Positions 28,523 to 40,921 of a DNA stretch of 64,000 nt are shown piece after piece. The notes under the pieces are model-generated. The model saw only the letters and a list, made by a program, of their open reading frames with translations, had not been told where the DNA came from and did not search any database. The position numbers were made by a program, and so were the translations under genes. The DNA is from Tubulanus polymorphus (taxonomy: Eukaryota; Animalia; Nemertea). The stretch lies in NCBI RefSeq assembly GCF_964204645.1, contig NC_134026.1:28182150-28246149 (forward strand), given 5' to 3'. Positions within the stretch are counted from its first letter, which is position 1. Each line of letters opens with the position of its first letter.

Positions 28523-28615
28523 GATGACGTAGTGCACGTATGAAATTTAATTACAATATAAACGCCAATTTTGGCGTTTATATTGTAATTAAATTTCATC
28601 GATGACGTAGTGCAC
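28523..28615. repeat. Perfect 29-bp-arm palindrome flanked by a 15-bp direct repeat
   Basis: ATGAAATTTAATTACAATATAAACGCCAA (28540-28568), TT, then its exact reverse complement (28571-28599). GATGACGTAGTGCAC occurs at 28523-28537 and 28601-28615. Confidence 0.95.
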
Positions 28616-30479
28616 ATCGACTCGCACAGAACCTCTCATATAACGCACACTAGGTATCAATGTATATAAACATTTTTGTAACGGTTTTTACGGAGTCAAC
28701 AAAATGAAGTCTGAAAAGTCGAGGAAATTTGTAGGACTTTACTTTTCATCGTGGAATTTTTGTATTTTGGTTACAACACGGACAGATGATGTATCACAAT
28801 GGTTACTATCAGTGCCTTCCTGGTAACAGCAGTGCTTTCTTCCTCCAACGCTTTTATTCGGTAAAGACCAGACTGTGCGTTAGCGAGCGTTACGTCACAG
28901 CCACGTCTACCAATCGATTAACCGACAGTACGTCACGTGACATCAAGGCGCCCATCGCGAAAGTGTAGGAGTATTGGCTGCAAAAATATTCACCTATTAC
29001 ATGCCCTTCCTAGACAGTATTCGTTCTACACCTACTTGTAGGTGCATAGCCATTAAACTATGCGACACTTCCAGGCATCTCTAGATTGTAGACTGATATA
29101 GCAGTTCGTCCGGAAGTGAATTAATGGTTTCTCATTCAAGTATGATACATTATTGCAGTAAGCATGACCAAACTGCAAACGATGCTTGATTCAAGCGTCG
29201 TCCTATTATGTATATCATGACCATATCTCCAAGATTAACTGAACCGACAGATTCGTCTGCGTTATCCATATTCTGCTTTCTTGTAAGCATTGCTTGGAGG
29301 TGTAAAAGAGGAAAATACTATAGTCATATCTACACTTTTTATGTAATAACATATATACGACGAAACATTCATCTAAAGAATATGTGATTTCTTTGAATGT
29401 CTTTACATTTGCGTGTCACGTCGATACAGGTCGCTGCGAAGTAACCGGTGTTCGTTCGCTCTCATTTGGGACACATCGATCATGATAAGATCTTGATGAG
29501 TCGCGCCTTGCTTGTATCGGGAAATGAAGGAACGTACAGTTCTCTTGGGAGCGTCGCGTTTATAAAGACTGATCGATCTGATAGGATAGAGTCGGTTGAT
29601 GCGGGCATAGAGTTTTACACGTGGGGAAGAGAATAACACCCATTAAGCTATACATGATAGATCGCTTCCTAAACCAATAAAACCTGACCAACGAGTCTGT
29701 GCCCAAAGAATAACAGTCATTAATTTACACTTGTCTGGTGCACATTATCTTGACCAAATCCCAACATAAAGTAATGCGTCAAACTAGTAGCGGAACTACA
29801 CTGTAAATTCAAATTCAGATCGCTTGGCGAGTATCGAATATTCATCGCTTAGTATCCGAAATACAGTGCAGGTTTGCTACAGCTCTTTGAAATAGCGAAT
29901 AGCGTGAGTCAAGTTATTGAAGTGTAAATCAATGTGCTACAATGTATATATTCGATTCAATTTGTGCCGAACTATGGACGCAATTTCCAGTCGTTTAAGT
30001 GGCCGCTGTGAAGACACTGTGAAGGCAGTGCGAGAAATATCACATCATATTCGATATAACAGTTAAATCTAATTACGACATTCCACGTATAACTTGGTCG
30101 GCTTTAATAAGATTTGCTATGCAGATGTTCAAGTATTGATTAGTTGACGTAATGAAAGCTGCACGCTCCCACGCATCCCGTTTATCTTACCACTTCACAG
30201 TCACAACCCGGCGGCGAGGTACCGCGAAATGGTGCCATAACGTCGATCCCGGCTAGATTTTTACATATTTTTACCCGTATTTCATATTTGTGTATTCACA
30301 TGGTGTATTATCGAGTACCACTAATCCCAAACCAATACATTATGTTTAGGATACGAGCACGTAATGAGTGGTGGGTGGCGCCATTCCCGACGCTTGTCAT
30401 TACATTCGAAGAAGGTCTTATAGTCACCGGTCCGAATATCTACTAAGTAAATAACGCTTCAATGATTTTCTCTTTTCAG

Positions 30480-30556
30480 GCAAAAAAAAAGAACATAACC
30501 GACGCCTCATCATTGCTCTATCAATAGTAGAAAAATACGGATACGCATGGCTACAG
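30480..30556 (+). ncRNA. Candidate spliced exon of the mir-124 host transcript
   Basis: Strong acceptor gattttctcttttcag (AG at 30478-30479) with upstream tactaa branch-like site; weak donor CAG/gtgtgg at 30557; next strong acceptor ttcttctttgttgcag ends at 30812. Confidence 0.4.
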
Positions 30557-30595
30557 GTGTGGGGACAGCTCACCTGTTGCTAGTATCTGTCCTCC

Positions 30596-30679
30596 GCCGT
30601 TCCTTCTGCGTTCACTGTGGTCGCCTTGGTGTTTTGTTGATACTATTAAGGCACGCGGTGAATGCCAAGGGAAATTGGC
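30596..30679 (+). ncRNA. mir-124: mir-124 precursor hairpin (mature miR-124-3p at 30647-30669)
   Basis: Exact mature sequence TAAGGCACGCGGTGAATGCCAAG on the 3' arm. The 5' arm GCGTTCACTGTGGTCGCCTTGGT (30608-30630) pairs with it across a ~14-nt loop, with an extended basal stem (GCCGTTCCTT / AGGGAAATTGGC). Confidence 0.97.
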
Positions 30680-33600
30680 TCTAAACAAAACAGAAGAGGG
30701 CAGATTTTCCTTTTTCGTGGAGGATTTTCGCAGTTTTCATGTTAAATCTTTGTTATCGTACATTGCCAGTACCTCTACTACATTTATTATTCATCATTCT
30801 TCTTTGTTGCAGATTTCCTTGCTGACACTAAAACACGGATTATCGAGATGATATAACATGATTTTTGGATGCAATTTTCTTGTAGCTTCATTGTTTTGTT
30901 CTTGTGTTGGAAGGTCTAGTATAAAGATAATGTCACAGACGATATTGGGGATTTTGTGCGTGTGAGAGAGTGTATGAGGAGAGAACAGATAAAGTATTCA
31001 TCCAGGGAATCACTGTCAGCAATAATCATTAATTCGACCGCCGTAAAGCCTATTAGATGAGATTATACTGGGGTGTACTGGTCGTGACAGCGAGGTAGAA
31101 TTAGGCGTTTTATGGCGACAGGATGTAGAGGTACGGTCGTAATGTTGATGCACACAGGGGCGATAACTTCAGCCAAGGCCAGACTGAATCACTGACTGAA
31201 CAGAACGTAAAACATCTAAGAACCTTTTTCGAAAACCGGCGAAAAGCTTTAGACCCTAAGGGTTTCTACTAAGGGTAGTGAGTGAGTCTTTAGAATTAAT
31301 AATGAATCAGGGAATATTAGCTGTTTTGAAGACGGTTTGTGAGAGACGATATTGTAGTTCTCTCTGTATAGAAATTGAATGAAATAAATCAATTCCGTTT
31401 AGTAATATTACCAGAATGTCGTTATTGATGTTATTTATACAAAGTCGTAATAATTCTTGTCTCCAGACACAGATGAATATGTGAATTATTGATATGGAAG
31501 AACACAGTTAGCTGTAACAGTCGGAACACCTTATGAAATAGCCGCAGCTCGTGTTGTCAGTTCCGGCACGTAACCAGTCTAATTTGGTGGCGCGCACCGA
31601 ACGTTAATCTTCATTCCATCTTGACATTTATGGACAGGAAAAGGTTTGACGTGCTGCCAGGCATTTTGAACAATTTGCTACAGGTTAAATGACGTCACGG
31701 CTAATAGCTGGCTATAAAGAGGACGGCCTCGTTATCACATGTTTCGGGATAAAAATAATTGGTTTTTTGTCCGAATGTGTGTATTTATATCTCGTCATCA
31801 TGAACCTCTCCTTTTCCATTTCCACCAAGTCTTTTCCAAAGAATCTTACGAACTTGCGATGAATGGTTCGACGCTTTTATACCGTAATGTATTGATAGAA
31901 AAGCAGCCTCGTGGTCAGGAATTTCAAGATATCAATAAAGCAATTATTGGCGATAATGATTTAATTTCTCTTTCATTTGTAAAGTTTATTTCACTTTTCA
32001 TTTAAGATAATAACCAACAACCTCTCCATCTTTCGATCGGGTTTCAATTACCTCACATAATTTCCATCTACTCTAAGGTAAATTTATTTTGGTAAAAAAA
32101 AAACCTTGTATAAACGTATATTGTTTGAACATCAAATATTCTGAATGATGAGATGCCAATTATAGTCCGTTTTAACGGAACAAATTCAGCTCTCGTAAAT
32201 ACACATCAATCATACTTAGAATTTTCAATTTACGAACACGTCTGACGAGGGTTGTTAGTGGAAGAGGACCATTTCATCTGCTGAATATGAATACAAATTA
32301 TTCAAGGCTTTGTATATATGTATATAGGTTTGTATAAATAGACTTATTGCTGATTTTAGTAACAAATATACTTAATCGCTTTAAAATATTCCAACTTGAT
32401 ATATTATTACGTTACAACCATCAAGCAAAATACGCTTGGATGTTCCATTTTTCCAGACTAAATAGCGTTCGATACCTTCGAATTATCAATTGATTAAGTT
32501 AAAATAGAATTCAACATTAAGCAAGGAGAGCTTTCAAATTATGAATCATGCCCGTTTAAATTCTCTTTTGCGAATTGCAACTTTCAAATCGTATCAAATA
32601 AACTCGAAGAGAACGCGTAGATAAGATCAGAACTGCATCAGCCTCATCTTTCTGTTAGCCTCTGATTTAATTAGAGTAAAATGCGCTAGTTACACAGACT
32701 ACATTCGCTATCTGTAATACAATCACCAACATTCAGCGGCAAATTCCCTCGCATTCCTCGTCATTTTCTTCGACTCATAAAATTGATTCAGATTTATTCC
32801 TAGTTGCGAAATGTCTGAACGAGAGGGAGAGAGAAAGCCGTCGGCCGATATTCGATTTACGCTGGCGTGATGAGAGCAAATATAAATCGAAGCTTCAACG
32901 CAAATAATGAAGTATGATTCTGTCGAGGATTTGTCTCCAGACGATATGAAATCTCCATCTCGGCTCCAATAGACAATAATAGGAAATCATTGTATGTCGC
33001 TCTGTAAAATACCAATACACCAGCAATATTCTTCTTAATTCTTTGAGTGATATAAGAAATATTCCGAATATTCTGGGTTCTGTTTTTTAACTGTAATGAT
33101 AATTATAATTCATTTCTTAATAGCACGTTACAATAAGAACAAACGTCTTTACACCAATAGACTAATTGAGTAGATTAGTTAAGATAGTATCCTCTAAATG
33201 AAAATGCTTTTTACCGATGATTTAAAAACCTCGAATGATGATACATGTATAGCCCTAGTGTCATGTTGGAAAACTATTCCATAGACGAGGGGCATGAGAC
33301 GGAAAATGATCTTTTACCATAAAACGATACGATAAAAAGGTTCAAAAAATCGCATTTCCGACGAATATCTGGTAAGGTGCAGGGTTATGATACTTAGTAG
33401 TTCGCTGAGGTATGATGGTGCCTGATTGAGTAAATCTTAAAGGTTAAAATAAGAATTTTGAATTTGATTCTTTGCGAGATGGGAGCCAGTGTAGTTGAGT
33501 AACTATGATATTTTTTTTATCTACACATCCCTGAATTTTACTGACAATTTATTTTTTTCCTTTTTTCGTGTCTACGGAAAGACTAAATGAATTGAGTATA

Positions 33601-35263
33601 TACTGCGTGTAATGCTGGTAGTTACCCCTGGGAAGCTAGTTTCAGTATAAATAATCGACTTGATTTCTTCTCGTGATGCGCGTAATTACTAATTACATAA
33701 AGGAAATTACTTTCGCAGAGCTGCAATTGACGAAAACTGAATTATTGAAAAACTGGCGTAAACAGAATCATGATAGCATTAGGTGAATTCGCGCATTGAT
33801 GAAAACTCGAACTGGCGCGTGTAAGGCGACATCTGACTAATTATTTTGTACAGGCAGGAAAACAACTAAGCATTTCTTGCTACCCTTCATGAATACATAG
33901 AAACTTTAGCTTCAGATTCCTCCATGAAAAATATCAGAATAGTCACGTTTTCACTGATTACCATTTAGTTTATATCCGATTAATGATGTTGTAATGTAAT
34001 GATTAGATCAAAGAGATTGAAACCCATTACATACGAATTTAAAAGATCAATAGGAAATGTATCCATCAAAAACTAAAATCAGAAGAAACAAGTTTCAATC
34101 TTATTATCTAATATTTTCCACATCTGAATGTGGCTATTTTACCAATGATTAAATTGTTGACCATGCTGATTTCAAATTTACATGTCTGACACAAGAGCTG
34201 TCCGTGGTAAACGGCTATTTCATCAGCGAAATGTAAATAGAAAATCATTCAAGGCTTTGTAGTTCCTTACCAGAACAAAAAATTATTTCATTTCCTTGAA
34301 ACATTCTAACTTGACTTGACGTGTACATTTTAACAATTAAACGATATGCAAGGTTCTTAAAGGTTCCATTTGTACAGATACAGTGAAACCTTCTAAACAA
34401 CTGTAATATTTACAACTCCAATGAATTGGGACTTTATCTCTTTATATCTTGTTTTACTGTTAGTTGCTATAGAATAGATAACCTTATATCATCTATATGA
34501 AACAAAACCTAGGCTGATATTGATTAAAGTTCGATGGTGATATAGATCGGTCTATAACGATTTGAATTGTCCTGGTAGGTGTCAGAATTGTTATTCAAGA
34601 ATAGATATGTTGTAGAATACATATTTATTATGAAATTATGGAAACAATCGCTGAAACTATTAAAAAACTGTGATAGCTGTAATAAAAGAGTAAAATACAA
34701 CAGGTAGGTTCATTCAAGATTATTTAGACCTTAACACACTAACAAACTAAAACTATGCAACTTGGCCTAGTTCTCGATCATATGAACTAAACGATTCTTA
34801 AATAGTTTTCTTTTCAACAATCAACAAATCATCTTCATCAATGATTGATTATACTCAATTCTATCTGCCGTTTCTTTCAAACTTAGAATTTCCAAATGAA
34901 TTAATGATTGTTTTTTGTTCCGACGAAACTCCAGGGCCGAAATTCTCAATTCGTTTTCGGATGCTCAGGGTCGAACTACATTCATAAAAATAACGATATT
35001 TTAAATGTACGTCGTCCATTAAAGTACTGTGGCTGGGACTGACTGTGGTCAGTATAGGCACAGTTTATGAGAGTTAATCAGGTATGACACTGAAGGCGCT
35101 TCACACTGAACAGATTGATTTTTTATGTATGTTTATGTAAGACCTATTCATAGTATGGCTGTTCATTAGGCCTTGCCTGCGCGGAACCCGTTAATCAGAT
35201 TCCGTTCAGGCCTAATATTCATGATATATTTCAATTTTTTCTGTTCATATCGTGTGTTTAGGA

Positions 35264-36621
35264 ATGGGATCTACATTTTCTAAACGTTTTTGGAAGAAAA
35301 CATTTCCGGTAAACGGACAGGGCACTGTTATCTTCAATGAACAAACTGATAAACCATTTGTCATATCTGTTGAAAATAACTCAGGAAACGGAATCTCGCT
35401 ATGTGTGAATAGTCACGACGAAGTGACATTCGTCAAGCATGCGAATGGCGTACATGAGGAACTAACCAGGCTACGTGAAGATGGGCGTGGATTCGAAAAC
35501 CGGAAAATAGCTTACCGGTACAGTTACGACCGTGACAACCTCGTATTAAAGTATGGAAAAGGCTACAGAATGGAAGAAACTACGATCATGACACACGACT
35601 TTCTGAAAGGCGCGAAAACACCAGATGAAGAAAAACAAATAAGAAAAGAATTGTATCCATTCTTCAATGCCGAAGAGAAGATATTTGCCAGGATCTATAA
35701 AAAACTATTTTTATCAGGTGAAGCGATGAATCATAGAATCATTGTAGTAATAAACTAATCCTATTATGGAATAACGATTTGTAATAAATAGTGGATCTTG
35801 CAGGGAATGGTCTACAGAAAGTTGAGCCAACTGTTGAATTTGAAAAATGTCCATTCGTCTGTAACGTCTCGCCTCTAGTGCTCCACTCTTCAAAAGTGAA
35901 TATGTTTCTGTTAGACGATGGAGACTACGTTTTCTCATCGAGTTTACCTGCGGCATGCCAGGAACTGTTTAATAATGTCTATGGTTGTGATCTTAATTGC
36001 CCGGAGGAGGTCGAAAGTGTCCATCTGTCAGACGCAATACGGTACAGTATTGAAACTAAAGGGTGCATTCTCAACAACAAATTGAAAGAAAAGGCTGGAG
36101 AATTCGGTCCTAAGAATGAAAATACCTATCTGCGTGTAACCCTCGGACACAGTCTAGGTAGATCCCCCGGTATACCTTACGTCTTAGAAATTTGGCCATC
36201 CGGCCATTTTAGCCCGATCCATAACCATGGAAATGCGAACGCGGTTATCAAAGTATTGCACGGTTCAATACATATCAGTATTTACAACAAACAAACGACA
36301 GATCCGAATGAAAAACCGCTGAAAGAATTCGATGCGCATGTAGGAGATGTCACTTGGATCAATCGTAACTGGTACCAAACACACAAACTTCACAACGTAA
36401 CTGATGATTTCTGCGCTACGATTCAATGTTACAAATACGATTCTGGAGATACTACGTATTGGCCTTATTTTGATTATGTCAGCGACAATAAAACCATTGA
36501 AAAGTTTCTGCCGAATTCAGATTTCAAATTTAGAGAAATGCGGAAAATTGTTCTCGAAGAATATGCTAAAAGAAAATTGGTAGTCTCAAATCAAGGGGCC
36601 AGTTTTATTGACTGGTATTAA
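35264..36621 (+). CDS. Atypical cysteine dioxygenase-like 3-His cupin protein, copy 1 (~423 aa)
   Basis: Exons 35264-35717 and 35804-36621 (phase-1 GT-AG intron). Motifs YLRVTLG, LEIWPSGHFSPIHNHG, QTHKLHN and TIQCY. The start at 35264 is inferred; it lies 2 nt after an acceptor at 35261, so an upstream exon is possible. Confidence 0.85.
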
Positions 36622-36680
36622 CTTTAGCCCGGTGGCTAACTCAATTCAGCCCCGGGCATAAGTCTATCAACCCAGGTCTA
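36595..36680. mobile_element. Degenerate MITE-like inverted-repeat element overlapping the stop codon of cupin copy 1
   Basis: GGGGCCAGTTTTATTGACT...TAGCCCGG versus CCGGGCATAAGTCTATCAACCCAGG (imperfect inverted arms); absent at the equivalent position of copy 2. Confidence 0.4.
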
Positions 36681-37546
36681 GGGCACTTGTCCTTTTGAAA
36701 TATTATTGCATCGAGATAAATTCGATATCTTAAAGACATCTAAAGGCCTGGAAAGAAAGGTAAAACACTTCAAAACAAACAACAACAAACAGGAAACGCA
36801 CGGTTTCCACGGGCCTTTGCAAATCTACAGTTGTGTAACAGAGAAACGTTCTGCAGTCTACATAACTGCAATTAACTGATATCAATCTCAGTGTAGAGTT
36901 AACAAATAAAAACCCACAGTTAGATCTGTAAAAACAGTTACGAGGCTTTAACTAAGCCTCATCATCAGAGAAACAAAAAAACACAATAATGTTCCAGTCT
37001 ACATTAAATTCTCAAACAAAATAGATATAATTCATCTGTTTGCATATTATGTTCATTTCTGAATATGTGGGTCAATTTCAGTAGTCCCTATGAACCCATA
37101 AAAGTAGTCACTCAAATTTGTCAATCTCTAATTGATATCGTTGAAGCAGTTGTTGTCGTTGCGCCAACTACTTCACTAAATTATGCCGAAGACCGTAAAT
37201 GAAGCTACTGTTGCGACAAGCATGAATAATACTTATGATGTCGTTTTAATGCATTGCGTGTTGTGGCCTATGAATGGAATAGTGTGATATCTGACGATGA
37301 TCGAGGGTGATGATAATTGCCAAGAGCTTCGTCGAAGTCTAAATGTTTTTTCGAATCTGTAAGCTAGGACGCTCTTCATTTTGGCTTCATATTTCAATAT
37401 ATGAATAGTAATGAAACAAAATGAATAGCAGAACAATCTAACACTTTTTATTCGCGAAATGAAATATACTGTTGGCATTGTCGTTGTAGTTCGACAGAAC
37501 ACTGCCCTTAAGGATTTTCGCACAAACACTGACCAAAAAACTCTCA

Positions 37547-37618
37547 TTACAAGAGACCTGTGATACCTGGTCCATCTAAACTACCTAATCGCCGAAGTAA
37601 TAGCCGCATAGCGCTCAT
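37547..37618 (-). CDS. Putative 23-aa micropeptide or terminal coding exon, copy 1 (MSAMRLLLRRLGSLDGPGITGLL)
   Basis: Paralogous to 41554-41625; 5 of 7 differing codons are synonymous; acceptor ttgtttag immediately upstream (exon starts at 37623). Confidence 0.55.
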   Translation of the reverse strand: MSAMRLLLRRLGSLDGPGITGLL

Positions 37619-39248
37619 AAATCCTAAACAACTGTGACAAAATGACCTTCAGGTGGAGTTAAGATCATAGACAGTGCGCTTTCGTGTGAGCGGTCATTTT
37701 TTACCTACTTAAAGTTAATGAAGCATCTATATGCGTCGCATGGAAATACCATCAGTATGACTTAACAAATCCTTATGATAACAAATACAGTTGTGTTTAC
37801 GAAATAAAGAATAATACGACAATTGAATCGTTTTTTATCTTAAATTAGGGATTGACCTTGTTATTCATTTGATTGGTAGATTTTGTTTGTTTTTTATTCA
37901 GTGTCCCTGAGAAACCCCCCACACCTGCCGAGAGCGAAACAGAGGGTTTGATTTTGAAATCGGAAATCGAAGTACAGATATAGTTGTGCGATCGGTAGTA
38001 GAATTTACATAATTTTTGTTTAAATCGAAGCACATGATTGGAAATTTCGGTTCCGGTTCATTCAAACAATCTTCCAACTAGTCTGAACTGGCAAGCGACT
38101 GATTAGGGTTAATTTTCTTGGCTGCCAAACACGATACATCGGGATTGTGGAAATAACTATACTACGTACAAGGTTGAAGATAATTTTGTCCATTCTTATA
38201 TTTTTCTTGGTCGTTTTTTCAGTGTGATTAGTCCGAAATTTTATTGTAGTTTTTTCTCAGGTATATGTTCATGTAGAAGTCCTCTAAGTTGAATGGCCCG
38301 AGTGTTAAATAGAAGAACTGGAAGCACATTTCGAATAGCAAATTATCCAGATGAGAGTGGTGGTCCTGGTAGCCGAAGTGAAGCCACGATACAAAACAAA
38401 CTCAATAATTTTATATTGGTTATTCTTGATACCGGTCAATGTGACCGATGTTGCATTTCCCTACGTGGAAATTCCAGACATACATGTGTCCTTTGCAGTA
38501 TTGTCATAATCCCTTCCTGCATCTATTTTAAATCATGAAGCAATTATGATACCAATTAATTTTTATGCCGATTCTACTTTATAATAGCTACGATTTTAAT
38601 CATTATATAAATATATCACTACTGATTATCGATCATATGGCTTGTACTCTGTATATAAAGCTAAAAGGAAGAATCGATTAAGATACAAAAATAACTTCAG
38701 TATTTGTATTCCTTGATGTAGCAGTAATTGGAAATATCATTTATAAAAAATATATATTATCCGTTTCGAAACAAATCAATTCATAAAGTCATATGATGAC
38801 CAGAATTTAAAAGATGCTGATGATCACGTTCAAATTCCAGTGAAAATGTTCTTTCATAGTACGCGATTAGGCATATACCTAAAACTAGGTCGACAAGTAA
38901 GCTATAAAACTACCAACTTAGATATGATCAACATTAAGAACTTTTTAGCTGCTCATATCAACATCTTAGGCGAAACATTCAAATAGAAAAAAAAAACTTG
39001 TTTCTCACCGAGCAATAAGGTAGATAATATTTGAAGTATAACTGCCAGGTAGGTTTTCTACAACGATATTATGATATGATGTTAAAATTCGTTCTATTTC
39101 CCTCAACCATTTGATATCTATATAACGCATGTTGGTGCTTTTCTAATACAAAAAGATACGTATACTATAATCAGTGACAATTAACGGTGATAGAAGTAAT
39201 TTCCCAACTGCTAACGTTTCTTTTATATCTTCACTTTCAAGAATCAAG

Positions 39249-40921
39249 ATGTTCCTCACTCGTGCGATTAAGTTAAAAACGGATACGAACAACTCATCTC
39301 CGTTAGGTAAGTTTATTTTTCCAGATTTCAATTCTATAGGTGTTTTGTGCGTTTTGATTAAGAAAAAAAATGTATTTCGAATTTATGTATCGTTCAATTA
39401 GGACTGACACTTGCTTGGGAGAAGCCATTTCCAGTTATCGGCCAGGGAACTTTCATCTTTAACAAACAAACTGATTTACCATTTGTGATCTCTGTTGAAA
39501 ATACGTCTGGAAACGGAATTTCCCTCCGAATAGACAGCAACAACGAAGTGGCCTTTGTCAAGCATGCAAATGGATTGCACGAAGAACTTTCCAGGGTCCA
39601 GAAAAACGGATGTGGATTAGAAAACCGAAAAATAGCCTACTGGTACAGTTACGACCGTGACAACCTCGTATTAAAGTATGGAAAAGGCTACAGAATGGAA
39701 GAAACTACGATCATGACACACGACTTTCTGAAAGACGCGAAAACACCAGATGAAGAAAAACAAATAAGAAAAGAATTGTATCCATTCTTCAATGCCGAAG
39801 AGAAGAGATTCGTCAGGATCTATAAAAAACCTTTATTATCAGGTAAAGTGATAAATTCCGATCGATGATATGTAGTTAGTTTACAATAAGATTAAATCTT
39901 ATTCATTCATCAAACATTTAAATCAAAAAGAAAAGACGTTTCGGAGTGACGGAATTATGATTTAAATCCTTGATAAAATTTCAGTTCTAATCTATCGAAG
40001 TTGAATATAGCGAGTTTAAATATCGTAATCTATTCTCCAAATCTGAGTGTGGCGTTTACAGGTTATTGAGAAAACTCTACCGATTAGGAAAAATATGTAT
40101 GAATCATTGAGGATCTAAAATAATCTGATAGTGAATATTTTGCAGCGAGTGGTATACAGAAAACTGAGCCAACGGTCGAATTTGAAAAAAATCCATTTGT
40201 CTGTAACCTTTCGCCTCTAGTGCTCGACAGTTCAAAGGTGAATATGTTTCTGTTAGACGATGGAGACTACGTTTTCTCATCGAGTCTACCTGCGGCATGC
40301 CAGGAACTGTTTAATAATGTCTATGGTTGTGATCTTAATTATCCGGAAGAGGTCGAAAGTGTCCATCTGTCAGACGCAATACGGTACAGTATTGAAACTA
40401 AAGGGTGCATTCTCAACAACAGATTGAAAGAAAAGGCTGGGGAATTCGGTCCTAACAATAAAGAAACCTATCTGCGTGTAACCCTCGGACACAGTTTGGG
40501 TAGATCCCCCGGTATACCTTACGTCTTAGAAATTTGGCCATCCGGTCATTTTAGCCCGATCCATAACCATGGAAATGCGAACGCGGTTATCAAAGTATTG
40601 CACGGTTCAATACATATCAGTATTTACAACAAACAAACGACAGATCCGAATGAAAAACCGCTGAAAGAATTCGATGCGCATGTAGGAGATGTCACTTGGA
40701 TCAATCGTAACTGGTATCAAACACACAAACTTCACAACGTAACTGATGATTTCTGCGCTACGATTCAATGTTACAAATACGATTCTGGAGATACTACGTA
40801 TTGGCCGTATTTTGATTATGTCAGCGACAATAAAACCATTGAAGAGTTTCTGCCGAATTCAGATTTCAAATTCAGAGAAATGCGCAAAATTGTTCTCGAA
40901 GAATATGCTAAAAGAAAATAG
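39249..40921 (+). CDS. Atypical cysteine dioxygenase-like 3-His cupin protein, copy 2 (~424 aa)
   Basis: Exons 39249-39306 (MFLTRAIKLKTDTNNSSPLG, G/gtaagt donor), 39402-39842 and 40146-40921, all phase 1 and contiguous in frame; same cupin motifs as copy 1. Confidence 0.88.

Noticed and set aside
9161-35061. Numerous 60-97 aa ORFs in the supplied track across the gene-poor region
   Set aside because: Many rely on GTG/TTG starts, and none shows a recognisable domain or a consistent splice-phase chain. This is the expected background in eukaryotic non-coding DNA.
35165-35216. Short inverted repeat ATTAGGCCT...AGGCCTAAT upstream of cupin copy 1
   Set aside because: Only 9-bp perfect arms and a single copy in the window; possibly a tiny MITE remnant but not supportable.
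37902-38540. Exon-like segments between the cupin copies (e.g. VPEKPPTPAESETE after an acceptor at 37901; ORF 38293..38538)
   Set aside because: Could not be chained into a consistent reading frame or matched to a family.
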